Positions 49,452 through 63,339 of a DNA stretch of 64,000 bases are shown in pieces. How positions within the stretch are numbered: the first letter of the stretch is position 1; every line of letters begins with the position of its first letter. Position numbers and translations under genes: made by a program. A model generated the notes under the pieces. It ran no database searches. It was not told the origin of the DNA and saw only the letters and a list, made by a program, of their open reading frames with translations. Where the stretch lies: NCBI GenBank assembly GCA_002633005.1, contig NMRA01000044.1, forward strand, positions 778,074 through 842,073, written 5' to 3'. This stretch comes from Phoronis australis (lineage: Eukaryota; Animalia; Phoronida).

Positions 49452-52400
49452 TCTTAGGAGACTATTGTCTTGGCCTTGCGCGATGCGTTGACTAGATTAT
49501 TGAAACTCGTTGAAGCGCATTACATGACTGTCATGTATGGATTATAAAAGCATTTTTTTATAAAATGTTTTTTGCGTGTTCTAACACTCCTGGAAAATGT
49601 TTCTTAAGACCGCTATAAAGTGGCAAAGATGTGAATGACGGAGGATGTGACGCGAAGTCACTCAAACACGTCTACTCGCCATGTTAACCTAAACCGGAAG
49701 TCAGAAATAAATTCTTCTCTTTTATTTAAAAAGTTTGATGCACCCTGAGATCTTTGTTTTGCAGATTATTAACTATGTCTTGAATTTTCTGATGAGTGGC
49801 TGTTTATTTGTCGAGCCAAACGTTGGACATAAGAGTCAGCTTGCTGTAGCATCAAGTACATGTATATAGATGGCGCTTTTGCAGAAAAGGATTGCCGCTT
49901 GGCTTACACACCACCTTGAACAATCGACTAGTTTATTCAAATACTCCACACGTTACGTTTTTATTACATGTACTCAACTCCAGTGTTTCGCACACAAGCA
50001 CATGTATGTAATCTTAACATCGCCACGGGTCTGTTGTGACATGTATTGTCGCACCTGACTCATACTGTCGCTCAGGTGACAATATATATGTCAAGTGCGA
50101 TAGTATATGTCGCAACACAGGGGTCTCTTGTACCTGTATATGTTTTCGTTCTTTTCGTCCGTTACATGTACTTTTCAGTTAATTACTTAATGTAGATTTA
50201 GAATCATGTGAACTCCTCTGGCTACAGCTGATAGCTTAACTTCTCTCTCACTAGTATATGTGCACCGCATGCGCGCACCCAGCCTAAAAATGGGGGGCTC
50301 GAATTTTTTAGAATGTTGACCTTTTACTGAGATTCACGGGGTACGTTCAGAGCTATGAATTGTGCATTCGCCGAATTTGGTAGTTCCTGCCTTTTTGGTG
50401 GACTTTTGTGTCGTTTTCCACTTTTTTCGGAGGTTTTTGTTTCTCTAAGGCAGACCTGTTTACCCATTTCGCCAAATGGGGGGCTCGTTAGCCCCCCAAA
50501 ATGATTCCATCTCCCCCGAGTCTAGTCCCCCCCCGAGCCCAGCCCCCCGAGCCAAGCTTTCTCACCCACCATTTCAGTGGTTTCAACGGCCTGAACGTGA
50601 CAGAGACTGATAACCAGCGGATATCGTGCAACGTTTTCATTAAATTTGTTTTTAGAAGCATTCTTGTTTTTAGTTTTGTTTTTCAAGTTAAAAATTAAGA
50701 TGTTGAAGTAAATTTATGATATAATAAGTCAAAAACAAAAATGATTCTTTAATTCAAATTTGTTTTTCTCGCGATGAACGCGTAGAAGTCGTCCGATTCC
50801 TAACACAAGCAAATGCCATTCTACATCGCCATCTGGTGTTCGAGGATAAACGTAAACCTGTCTCAGGGATTGCTTCCGTGAGGCGGTATGATCATTAGGC
50901 TACCTAACGAGACTCAAGGGGACTTTTTATAATTCTTGTTGGTTTCTGTAGACTTCTTGGAGTCATTAGCTTTACAAAGAATCATAAAATAACAAAATCC
51001 GTTGTATTTTATTACGATTTTATTAGAAGTCACCGGTTCCCGACGTAGGCTGCCCATTAATTCTCAAGTACCCGCGACTGAATTAACTGAAATCGAGGTG
51101 CTCACGTACGTTGTCAGCTTATTGTTGTGCAGTGAAAAATAGCCGTCGTAAAAAAATCAAGATAGATATTTTCCTGAGTGTCTGAGAAGCAGAGACTGGG
51201 TAGCTGAAGCATATTGGAAGAATAAGGATCTGGGAACGAAATCGAGCGCGGGACTGTCGTGCGGGGTGAGTTGAGCGTTGATAGACAATATATAATGCTT
51301 GCAGAGTTTGACTAATTAACCTATTGACATCTTTGGTAAGTCTTACAATCAAAATAATTCGAATGTTCTTGGTCAAATACAAATAAAAAATTCGCTCTCC
51401 AAAATAGCCAACTATGCTTTGAAAACTAGATAACTTGATAATTATAACATCTTACCAATGCAGTTTTGATTGTAACAAAAACAGAGAATTGTATTTTTGG
51501 TTATCATACCTGAGCTTTGAAATTGCATACATTTGAGCCGGGCAAGGTGAGCTTGTGAGTAAGGCGGTAGATGAAGGTCACGTGGTAGGCCTGCAACGGG
51601 GAGGTCGATGATCATCTCGAAGTATTTTTAATGAAAAAGCTCCAAACAATTGAAGTGTTGTCTGACACAAAATTCGAATAACCTGTGAGGACGTCGTGAA
51701 CGATAATGTTACATGGGAAATATGATTTACATTTCGTATTCTTACACGAAGATTCGCTGGTTCCCTGCGAGCTGCTAGGTGGTAGCCAGCACGCAAGTAT
51801 CATTTAATTTTCCTCGGGAAATTTTTTACACCGGCGTTTCTGATTGGCTGGTCGAATTCTCAACAGGGAGCGCTTTACCCAAACGAATTGGCATGACTGA
51901 TGGAAGAAGTGTAAATATGGTCTGTTGTGCAGACAAATCGGTGCTTAAAATTCATGTTCAAGAAATGTGAATCCCCGAAAATTGTGGTTGCACCTCTTTG
52001 GAGTGCATCTTTCTACTATCGCTGACTTTTGTTTACGTTGCTGTCCTGTATTCATACAATAGGAATAACACACTAGTTAAACCGGCCAAATGACGACGTG
52101 TTTACTGAGTTGTACACGTATAAGCTTCAAGCACGCGGCTATTAACATTACTCCAGAAACAAAATAGTTGCTGCTACGACAATTGACAAGGCTAAAAATC
52201 GTTTGTAGTCCGCCATTTTCTACCTTTGGTGTAAAGCTAACCAATGACTGCCGAGGTTACATCAACCACTGATAATGCGCGTGCTGCTGCCTGCTACCTG
52301 CCTGCTGACTCCGCACGCAGGGAACCAGCGAGACACGGAGACAGCCACTTCTGTCCTCTGATTGGCTTAAACGTCGTGCGATTCCGGTATGAGGCAATAT

Positions 52401-54866
52401 GGCCTGGACGTCAGATGACACTACCTGTATTCGCGATATGACCAATCAGATAGTGCATAAATCATATATCCCGACAACGAAGCGAACAGGAGATGCTAGT
52501 ATACTAAGACAGGTAAGAATAAATGATCTAACAGAAGGGAGAATCCGGAAAGAAGCATCAACGATCGAGCAATATACTTCAATACCTCATGTGTTGATCG
52601 GTTAAATACCAACAAATAAGAATATATGTGTAGAAAAATATGAAAGATTTTTGACCCAGCCACGAGCTATGCAGACAGCTTGACCATAGGCTATCATAGA
52701 GTATCTATGGCTTGACAGTACCACTGTCCCAATTAGCCCAGAGTAGAGACGGTGTCCATCCCATAAGCCATCCATACTCAGGAAGCTTTTGGCGGTGAAT
52801 TATGCCTCATACTGATTAAACCATCAAGGTGCACATAGAGAGGAACAGTTTAGTTTAGGAGGCCGTCGATGTTAATTTTTTCCAGCTGGAACTAATACCT
52901 GCGGTACTCCGAAATCAAACTGTTTTCGAAAAGATCTTCGTTCAGTTGGCCAAATCGGCAAATGACCATTTTACATAAGGAGTATTTTTGATATAATGAC
53001 TTTAATTTTGTGTTAGACTTTATTTGGCCAGTTTTCACCCAAATCGGTGCACCAAAGCTACGAGTCTATCATGTTGGTGGTCTGTGACGTGAGCGAGGTT
53101 TGATGTGTTCCAAACTCGCTCGTTTCAAATGTTGTGTCCCAGTGGTGAGTGGCATTATAGTTACGTTAGCGATTAGCTTTAGCGTTCTTCTTACAAGCTC
53201 ACTTGAGTGATGCTCTAAATCAAAAATGCGGAAGGAGCAAGACGGTGTCGCCCTCAGGAATTCCAGCGTCGAACCCGTAAACCCAAGACCAGAATAGCAA
53301 ACCCCAAACCGCCCAATACCCGTTAAACGAACTTCATAACCGCCGGGTATTAAACTCCAAGCATAAACATACGTATCACGTTGTTTTATATCTAGTGACT
53401 CCAAGCCCGAACTAAGGGTGCGGGTGAAGAATAAAGTCCCCACGGCGGGCATGGAGTTTAGTCACCTGGCATGGCGTATTTACGGAGCATGCGTAGGATT
53501 TAAGGTTGCAGTTACAGCGAGTTTGCTCAGGACCACACACTCATCAAACTCCACACATTCGCCGAAAATGTTCGATGACAGGTGATCAAACCCCAACCCC
53601 GATGTTGAGCAGAGTCCTCGTCCGCACTTAAGGTCCGGATGGCTGTCGCTACGGGAATGGGATTTAGGGGATGTTAACAGCAAAGTATAAAAGCGTGTTC
53701 CACCGTTGTATGCAACCATTGAAAAATTCAAACGTGATTCTGACGATGAAAACAAAGAGCATTGGCAGCCTAACAATGCGGACTACACCGGCAACACACC
53801 ATGGGCTAGCCGAAAATTATCGAAATTAATGGCCAAACGAAGGAGATGCTGTGAACTGAATAAATAAAGAAAGCGAAGTTCGTCACTGCGTTTGGACAGC
53901 AGCATGCTAAGTCTATAGGACATGGCTGTAAGTAAAACGTTGATATAAGCAAATCAATGTTTTATCGCTCAAATGATGAGAAGTAGTGCACTGTGTTTTT
54001 TTCCAACAAAATTTGATGGTTAAGATACTACGAAAACTTTTGAAAACGTGATCGAGATGCGTCTAAAAATCGACAGGGATGTATCAAGATGTATGAAGTC
54101 ACAAAAATTTCTACTACAAGTTTTCAAAATGACGCCATGAGGTCTACGTCAACAGGTGTTTGTACAAAAATGTAAATCCGCGTTCCGCCCGCGCACCGAA
54201 TTTTTATTACTGTAAAATTGATCCCAACTAGTTCCTTTCTTAGAATGAAAAGTGATTTCTGCGTTTGCAAAAAATGGTAGTTCGCTATGCATGAGACCAT
54301 GTTCGGTGTATAAATTGACCCACCGTGACAAGCCAACTTGTAGGGTCTTGTCTCATGCAATAACATACTGCCTGAAATCATCTCAGCGTTATTCCATGTT
54401 CGTTGCGGCATGCAACAACATTTACCAAAGTATTGGGGTTTTAATTTATGCTCCTTAATCACTCATGTGAAGTCAGTTGCAGTGTTCCAATATTTCAACA
54501 GTATACAAACATTTGCTTGAAAAAGTTGATTTCTTATGAGGTTAATGAAGTATTGACCCCTTCATCCATCCATAGAAATGGTATTGTTCATGGTGGAATG
54601 TGCTTTCAGTCACATTTTTTCCTAAAAGTTACCTTGGTATCAATGTGTTCGCCATTTTGTTTCTGCGTTTGAGTTTACTGCAGTGAGGATCTGTTCCACT
54701 GTTTTAGTGTTTTCGTCCTGGTTTCCTAACTTTGCCGTCAGCACTTCCCAGTCGACGAGTACTCTACGACAAGCTAGGTTGTTAGAGAACTTAATTACGT
54801 TGGATTTAGGGGTTGTTTAGTTTGTAGCATCCTAAAAATGGCTAGAGTAGGCTACCCACAGACACA

Positions 54867-55941
54867 GTGACGAGGAGTTTTCTCGCGAACAGGCAGTGGG
54901 TGGATATATGTTTGAGCTCGAGTTTAGTGAGGCAGAATATGCAGACAGCTGCTAAAAGGTATGAGGAAGAGGCCGATGACAGACCTGGTGGGACGTCTTG
55001 GTCCAAATGCACGGTTTGCACTGTTATGCCGACCTCAATGGATGGTGACTTGAGCACCCAAACCGCTTACATCCCGCCGTGTGACTCTCTCGCCAAACAT
55101 CTGGCACCTTCTAAATAGTTCCAATTCTTTAGTCACATCCACCATAAACTTATCAACGTTTGGCTCACCGTCCTGTTCACTGGACGACGAACTGTCTTCC
55201 TCGTTGGGTGTCGAACTGAGCCTGTATTCACTCCCAATACTCGACATCTCTGCAGGGCTGCGTACAGGCTCCCGGTTGTAGATAACGATCCAATGCTAGT
55301 TCTAGGCATTGCATGCTGTGGGTATGTTCGGAGGTACGGGTGCCATTAGATGACGGGGCTCCAGCCACTGTAGAGGCCACAGCTTGCTTCATAAGTGCAC
55401 CCCTCGGGAGTGGCGACAGGGCATTGCAGGGAATCAATGTTTTGCAAGAACTTTCAACAATTCCGAGTACATTCGTAATCCAAAGATAGAAAATGCTTGC
55501 CGCACACTCGGTAATTCTCCGTTGCGTGGACGGGTAACGTTGTGCTCTTCACACGAAAGAGCCAAGTACTTACGGCGGAGCGTGTCATCATTCGGAAAGC
55601 GATGTAATGGCATACCCAAAGTGCGCGTGAGATAATAATGAGTACATCCCAGTACGCAGCAACCATGCGGCGTGTTGACTGACTCGTAAACAAACGCTAA
55701 CAACGACTGGTCTCATCACAACCAAGGTAAAACAATGACTGACTCGACAGCTCGCAAAGTCAGACTATATGAAAACAAAATGGAAGGAAATTCTTAACCC
55801 CCTAAACGCCACTTCCGGAATAATTCACGACTGATTAAGTAAATAACAGGAAGACATTATTAACTGAAAAATACGTCAGGGATAATCAACAAACCGTATA
55901 TTTACTAAAAATGACATGAAGAAGGCTGCCTTCTCCTTTAA
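54867..55941. mobile_element. Internally deleted Kolobok relic: THAP (minus) converging on a KolX/P2X7-tail-like fragment (plus)
   Basis: Minus strand GCCVLGC..LHRFPNDDTLRRKYL / YRVCGKHFLSLDY (55434-55693); plus strand DRPGGTSWSKCTVCTVMPT (~54977-55035); right end GGCTGCCTTCTCCT-TTAA resembles the TIR of 12712-15504; left TIR not found. Confidence 0.6.
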
Positions 55942-56692
55942 TAACTCAGATCAGAAACAATGTAATTGTTGTCACACTACCGCAGACAAGTTAAGGATAC
56001 TTTATAGGCTTTATTTTGTCAAACCAATACAAATTCAATTTCGATGCAAATCAACTTTATTAAGACGTATTCCCAAACGATGTCCTTTCAGCATGAAATC
56101 ATTTTTGCAAAATAAGCAGAGCATAATTCACAATTTTTCGTAATTCTAGGCTACTACACTTTCCTGATTAAATCCTCAGCAATAGCAATTTGATTAGTTT
56201 CCAGAAACACATGCCAGAAACACTCTGACGCATGTTACGCATACAAACACGTTTTTATTGTCTGCCTTTTCATGATCAGATTTAAGATCAACAAAAGTAA
56301 CTTGAGCTAAACCATTTAAATAGTACTTTTTGTCTGTCAGCCAGCGAGTTTACTTTGGTTCCCGCGCTAGATTCTATAATCTTCATCTACCACGGGTATC
56401 AGAAATGTGTATATCAGTTCGTGATTGGCTAGATACGTTATTTACAGTGCCCTCTACTGCTCAACATATGTGACAATTTAATCCACATAAATTTCATTTT
56501 TACAGAAAATGCGTGGCTTAAAATGTGGGAACGTTTGAGATATTGAATTAGGAATAATTAATCTAGTCTTACAGGTGAAAGTGCTCACGAAATGTTCTCG
56601 TATAGTTCTGGCCTCACTAGCCATAAATTAAGTTGTTGTTTTTGTAATGGCAGACGGCAGATTTGTGATCCCTTGAAAACAGAAGACCAAAT

Positions 56693-56945
56693 GTCATCAA
56701 CATCATCACAAACATCCTCATCATCCTCACCATCACCACCGACGTCATCAACACCACCGCCACTGTGATCACCATCGTCAACACCACCGCCATCACCATC
56801 TCGATCATCATCCACACCATCACCACTACCACTATCATCATCACCACCGTCGTCCTCAACACCACCACCGTCATCGTCAACACCGCCACCAACGACCTCT
56901 CCACCTCCATCACCATCCACACCGTCACCTCTATCATCTTCATTG
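56693..56945. repeat. Degenerate (CAC/CAT)n trinucleotide low-complexity tract
   Basis: Seen directly. Confidence 0.9.
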
Positions 56946-57111
56946 ACATTATCATATTTCTAATGCTGTTATTGCTACTTCTTTTTTAGTTGTTGTTTTG
57001 TTGTTTGCTATTGATGAATATTTGTAGTAACGACAGACTGAGAAATCTGACGTTCTAGACCTGATTTACCCCAAAGCAAAGTACCATTCAGTTAACATTT
57101 TCGGTTGTGTT

Positions 57112-57269
57112 CATGGGCGGATCCAGGATTTTGAGTTGGGGGGCAAGGCAGAGTATTAGCCAGGATTTTGCCTGTCAGACATTGGCACTCCCGAACTGCC
57201 CAATGGAATCTTGGAGAATTTTAGAGGGGGTTCCATGGCCCCCTTGGCCCCCCTCTAAATCCGCCACTG
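57112..57269. mobile_element. 158-bp hAT5-like MITE, 5-bp TSD GTGTT
   Basis: CATGGGCGGATCCAG...CTAAATCCGCCACTG; GTGTT at 57107-57111 and 57270-57274. Confidence 0.75.
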
Positions 57270-58260
57270 GTGTTACTTGTGATGATAATAATGAAAGCAA
57301 TTATCAACACTTCAATGTAATGTAGGCACTGACAGAAGTTTAGCCACCAATGAATTACTAAGAAAACGATATCTCAGACAATTCTTTTTATTTACCAAAC
57401 TTTGAATCAACTTACAGAAATTTCAATTACTTTCCATAAGCTATTAGAGGTTCCGGTTGCTATTTCCTACTACCGCTAGGTAACTTTTCTTTTTCGACAG
57501 AAAAACTCAATCACCATGAGAACACTGTGAAGTTGCTCTGACTGAGGCGGAAATAGCCGCATAAATGACGTCAATAGAGACCGTGTCAACAGCGCTCAGG
57601 CATGCTCTAGTAAAAGAGACATAGAACATAATGTGACGTGCAGTCATAAATTGTATGGGAACATCTCCGCTTTTGTGCAAGCGAGGTATTGGCATTTAAT
57701 AGAGAAAGGTTAAGTTGTTCGTTAAGGTTTGTAAGTTCAAACTACTAATTACACGCTCATCTATGTCCGATGTCAAATGCTGAAGTTTAATATCTAATAA
57801 ATTTCAAACTGCATTGCAGAGATTATCTAAATCTGATTACACTTTAATAATGAAAATTTCATTATGTGCTGAAGGAATTTTCCGCGAGATCTACCACGTC
57901 ACAAGAAGCCTACAACGTGTGAGCCCGTGTCGTCAGGTGGTTGACTGGAGCACTGAGTTCTTTGATAGCGGCCCAGTTGAAATACGTTTCTCTGAACGCC
58001 ATCGAAAGGGTGTGTCACGGTGTTTATCATCCTTATCCAGTCGCTATCGGTATCATGTTGATGACGAAATTTCTTCATTCACATTCGTCCAAAACGTTCT
58101 CAAACGCATAATCAGCTGAGGCAATCAAGGGCAAATTAGATAAGTCTTCTTTATTTTGCGCATGCCGGTGGCGTTACGAAAACGTGTAAGAAAATGTTTT
58201 TTTAAAAACTCTACGCGCCTAATCTAACAATAATGTCACTCATCGATGTCATTTTAGGTG

Positions 58261-58360
58261 TTTACATTCACTAGACACGCAAACAATGAATAGTGTACTA
58301 GTAAGGTTTTTTTACATTCACTAGACACGCAAACAATGAATAGTGTACTAGTAAGGTTTT
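58261..58360. repeat. Exact 50-bp tandem duplication
   Basis: 58261-58310 is identical to 58311-58360. Confidence 0.95.
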
Positions 58361-58655
58361 ATACGTGTTAGAAATCGATGAAATTCAAAGTGTACTGTGG
58401 TATCTTGGAAAGTGCGTACAGATTGTTAATCTTGCCTGCGCAATAAGTGTTGACGTCAGACTAAAGTGTACGGATGTTCTACTTAATCTTTTGTATACGA
58501 CCAGCCCATTTTATTAAATAGATGGTAATCGCATTAACCTCAGCGCTAAGCCCGATTGATATTTGCTTCGAACGGCATTACAAAATCATTTTACGTTTTA
58601 CGTTACCAAACGAGAAATAAAGTAGCAGCACACACAAACTGCCCGCTAAGTCTCA

Positions 58656-59122
58656 CCCTGGGGCTACTTCCATAGAAGAGGTATATGCGCGTGCCGCTTG
58701 GATGTCTGTTTTTTTTTTCATTACTAGTTTCCCCACAAAGGGTGCCTTTTCTGACAAAAAAGTACCAAAAGTGACTTTTCCCGCTTTTATTACCCACGAA
58801 CAGGATCACTTTGAGAGTTCAAAAGTTTACAGAATGAGATTATTTTTCCAAATAATGAAATCTGTAGATGGGTACAAGTATTAATTTTTTTACATTTTAA
58901 CATCTCGTCTTGTAAAGTAGTACAGTGTAAGGGTTAGATTAAAAAGACTACTCTTCAAGAACACCTCAAAAGGGTTAGGCTGACGGGGAGTTTGCAAAAG
59001 GTGTTGGTTCTGAAAAAAAACACCGAAAGGGTCTACAAGTGCGTATCTTGTCTACTCCAAATGGGTTGGCAGCCGTATTTCCAGCAGCATCCCCGTCAAA
59101 ACTATAATAGAGCACCCCCGGG
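58656..59122. mobile_element. MITE with CCCGGGGG..ACT / AG.ACCCCCGGG-type termini
   Basis: CCCTGGGGCTACTT at the left end and GAGCACCCCCGGG at the right end; no clear TSD. Confidence 0.45.
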
Positions 59123-60513
59123 TCTTACCACAGTTGTTATGTATAATTATTCTAAACTAGGTTAATATCAAGGTGGAACAATTTTGTTGCCTTCAAACTG
59201 AAAGAAAGAATCGGTCACCAGAAACGGATGTTGTAAAATCATTGCGATTGTACTTCATGGGCTGATGGCGTCTTTGAACTGTTTTGAACTGTCCGTCATT
59301 CGACTTACTAGCATTTCCTAATTCGTAAGCAATTACATGATCGTTTGTGTAAATTGTTTAATTAGATTTCGTTCTGATTACTCCACTTTCTAACAAGGTT
59401 AACAATTCTGGTATTTTGATAGGATTGCACACTGCGCAGAAGTTCTGTCATCTTGTCTGATATTTGTGTACCACATGTGGAGCTACAATAAACTACACTT
59501 CTTGTACTTTTATTGGAAAATCTTTCACAACCACTAACCTTTAAACGGAAACCACTCTGTTAACGTGCCTTTTGTTTTGACTGACAACTCGTTCATATGA
59601 AGCACAGCCCAGTCTGAATTGTCGGTAAATAATGCCAACGGACTACGTGATTCGAAACATTTCACGGTGAAAGGCGTACATATTGCAAAGATCGAAAATA
59701 GCATTTTTGATATGGCGAAATTTGGGCCAATATATGACCCACCAGGCTTCGGTCGTTAGCCCGGTGTCTGTGAATAAGCTACCTTTGAAAAAGGTGACGT
59801 CAATCCCCAAGTGGGTAATTCGCTGATTTTTAATCAAGTAACACCAAATTCACCCAGCTAAAATCATTTGCTAATGTTTTTCAGTTAATGAAGTTATCTA
59901 TGTTTAACGTGTGTGGCTGCAACTTTGGGCTTGACGAGCCGTCATCCAATTGAGTGTCGCATTGGTTCATTCAATTTCCTTGATGAAACACGAATACTGT
60001 GAATGCTGTTCATGTTCAAAATCGATGGCGGCAAACCAATTGAAGTAACTTCCAATATACGTGTTATTTATAATGAGATCACTAATCGGATGTTTGTGGT
60101 AAATCACGACCGCCGTTCAGCGGACATGCTTCTTGTATTTGGATCTTTAAGAGTCACATCTTGAATTCAACTCTCCTCTTCCGCAGAAATAGAAAAACGA
60201 AGTGCGTGATTGACCTTGTTTTCGAACAGTTAGGCCGATAAACGTTTTTGGACAAAGACGGACGAAAAGAACGACGCGACTTTCTAACAGCCGAAAACAT
60301 CCGAACCACAGGGCGAAGAGAACGTAATCTTTCCATACAACGCAGACTATCTAAAAAAGTAAGAGCAGGTAGACGTTGTAACAGCCGTGTGCGGGGGGTC
60401 GCTCAGTTGGGTCCATTGCGCTGGTCATTTGAAACCGTTTTTCTTGTTTTTTTTGAAATATATAGATAAAACCGAGGTGATGAACTAGAGGCCTGATTCA
60501 AGGGCCTGTCAGT

Positions 60514-60582
60514 GTGCTCCACTGGGACTCGAATCCACGACCTTAAGTAAAGGACTTTATCCCACTAGACCACACTGCCTCC
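60514..60582 (-). repeat. tRNA-derived SINE head
   Basis: GGAGGCAGTGTGGTCTAGTGG (A box) followed by GGATTCGAGTCCC (B-box-like). Confidence 0.55.
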
Positions 60583-63130
60583 TCCAGACGAACTAGTGTT
60601 GAGAACAGAATGAAGACACTAAATCGACGTCTTGTCTTCAAATAATACACCTGAATGAAATAAAAAGAGTCTTAATGAAAGAACTATGTAAACATTTTCA
60701 CAATAACAATGCTGCAAATCTGCCATGTGGTCCGCCGTCGTATTCCTTGTAAGCAGTGTCTCTTGTAGCTATTGCAAAAACGCTCTTTATGGAGAAATGC
60801 GGTTCGTTCCACAACACAATATACACCCACGATACACTCGTGGAGAGATGTTTTGGCTTACGGAGATGAATGAGTAATGTATTTACAATATCCTCCCATA
60901 ATACAACCATCCATTCTCGTCAATCCAGTAGTTATTGACAAGTTTTACGCTTAGGTCTCATTTTAGTTTCCAACCTCATTTGCAATATGCACTTAGATAA
61001 CCTAACAATGAAATTGTCTTACAAAATTTGTTTCTTAAGCTTATAAGAAAAATTCTGAACGTCCACTTGCCATTATATCAATAGTCTGGTATTGATCATC
61101 GTTCACCGATTTGGGGCCAAGCTTGAAACGAAAGCAAACACCAGGTAACACAATTTGTATTGGTCTATTTACAGTGGCACGCGTTTGGGTCGGTTATTTC
61201 TGCGGCCATCTTCAATTATTCCAGCGTTCCTAGGAGAACGAGCGCGAGTATCTGGTACACTCATGGTGCTGGGTCAGCAATTACCAGTATTAGGAAGTGC
61301 ATTTTTCTTGAACCACGGGACGACTCTTTCTCCCCCTTCCCTTCTCCCTCTCACTTCCTCTCCATCTCTCTACCCCCACGTACTGGCATCAAATATAATG
61401 TCATATAAGCACTTTGAAGTGTTCAAAGTTGGGGTATTAACATTGTCCAACTGACTTGAGTGACTTCAGCTTGTGTATACAAAGAGATAAGTGTTCCGTT
61501 TTCTGATAACGATTATGCTACGATTCATAAATTTAGGAAGCGGTTTCATAAATGATTCTTCTTCTATCTTTAAAAAAACGTCAATATTAAATTCATTGTT
61601 GTCGCCATGGCCCTGTACGAGTTCAGCTCTCTCATTCACACTCAAGAACAGTAAAACAAATAATGACCGTAGGTTACTGTGAATCGGATTTGCACTGAAA
61701 GTGATGGAATTCTTTGAAAGTTGTGAAAAAGTTAAGATCTAAGTTTGAGGTGGTTCTCTCGCGGACGTTGAATGTTTTGGATACAGGTGGTTTTTGTTTG
61801 AGTGCTCAATTTGTTAAGGTGAATCCTGATTTTTTTAGACCTTCATCTTAACTTGTGGGTAATTTCAGATAGTCATTGCTGCTGGTATTATGGGGCACAG
61901 AACAGTATCTCACAGGGGTTTGCTTATCAAAACACACGTCATTGGACTCGTCACCCTTTCTTCACTCTGTAGAAAATTGGAAGCAAAGAGCACATCACAA
62001 GCCCTACAGATGAGCAATGAAACTTATTACTCTCTTGTATTTTTATCCTTTTCGGGCTACTGAAAATAAAGGTAGACTAAGAAAAAAAGGGGAAAAGAAG
62101 GCAAAGTGGGCACTTTTCACCCCAAAGCCACCACTTCCCTGCCGTTGCATGACTAAAGTCAACAATAGAGTCTGAAAGCAAATTTCCTAACGATTCCAAA
62201 AAAGTTAGTGTGGTTCAAAAGTACTGTCAGTCTACTACTTTTTTGCAAATCTGATTTGTTTGAGGGCTACCTGAAATCGCAGCCAATTTCTCAGTCGTTA
62301 CCCAACAATGAGTCAATTGTAACAGGGGGCCGCCATCTTGAAGAAGAGTGTAGGTAGGCTACAGCCGAGCAAGTGGTCTTTTTCATTCTCAACATGTTCA
62401 CAAATACAAACAAACCACATCCACTTGGCCTATCTGCAGTACCTAACTAAAAATGCCTCCAAACCTGGCCTACCATTAGATTTTAATATTTTGGAGTGCA
62501 AATTGGCCGCAGCCGCAGCCCAACTGTTCAGTGCCACCAGCTACTGTGTTTCTGAACAAAGCATGTGCTATGCAACAGTCTGCTGTTATTCTTAGATCAG
62601 ATTGTGTTGCTACTCGTTTGTACTAGTAAATGATTTGTAAGTTGAAGGCGTTGTTTATGTTGGGTAGGAAAACCTTGTAGAAACGTGTGATATATGTTGC
62701 GTGCGTCTTCTCTGTAAGCTTAGCCAATTAAGTGCTTCTGGTACTATCGATTTGTCTGATCCTTTCATGATCCCTACTGCAAGCGTTCTAATGATATCAG
62801 GGACTCAGCACGTGCACTCTACAACATCGCAGCACAGAACCCCAGATTAAGTACATAAAAATTAATAGATGGCGAAGTCGTTATCTCCTGTAATCTAGAA
62901 CCCTCGTGAATTTTGAAGAATTGTTGCCCGAGGGCAATTCAGGGGATGGATGATTTTTACAAGTGAGAGAAATTGGCAGATAAATTTTACTGAAGGAACG
63001 ATGTAGTTTTTATTGAAATGTTACGTCTTATTTTTCACGGCGTAATAAATGTCGGTACAGTGCGGTTTGTTGAACGATTATTGCGCGTCTTCATTTAGTA
63101 TTCAATTTGCAGGTAAGATAACGTCAGCTG

Positions 63131-63205
63131 CTGAGTAGCTCAGTAGTTAAGGTGACTTCTGTCATTACACAAAACTTGTGAAACGTGTTCGAATCCGGCC
63201 TCGGG
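63131..63205 (+). repeat. tRNA-derived SINE head
   Basis: TAGCTCAGTAGTT (A box) followed by GTTCGAATCC (B box); the anticodon arm does not fold canonically. Confidence 0.55.
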
Positions 63206-63339
63206 TTCCCGTCAAAATGTTAATCAACACGCGTTAATTAACAAAATGGATTAATTAACTTTTGTGTTGCCATGTCAGGCTGATTATGTGGTACAATAGC
63301 ATTTAATCTATGATAGAACTCTAGGACTAGAGTAACAAT

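Noticed and set aside
56585-56989. Asp/Gly-rich ORF resembling an acidic biomineral protein
   Set aside because: Degenerate CAC/CAT trinucleotide tract open in several frames on both strands, with no signal peptide or exon evidence. RNA-seq would be needed to rescue it.
63131-63205. Functional tRNA genes (also 48274-48335, 60514-60582)
   Set aside because: A and B boxes are present but there is no proper cloverleaf or anticodon arm; treated as SINE-derived.
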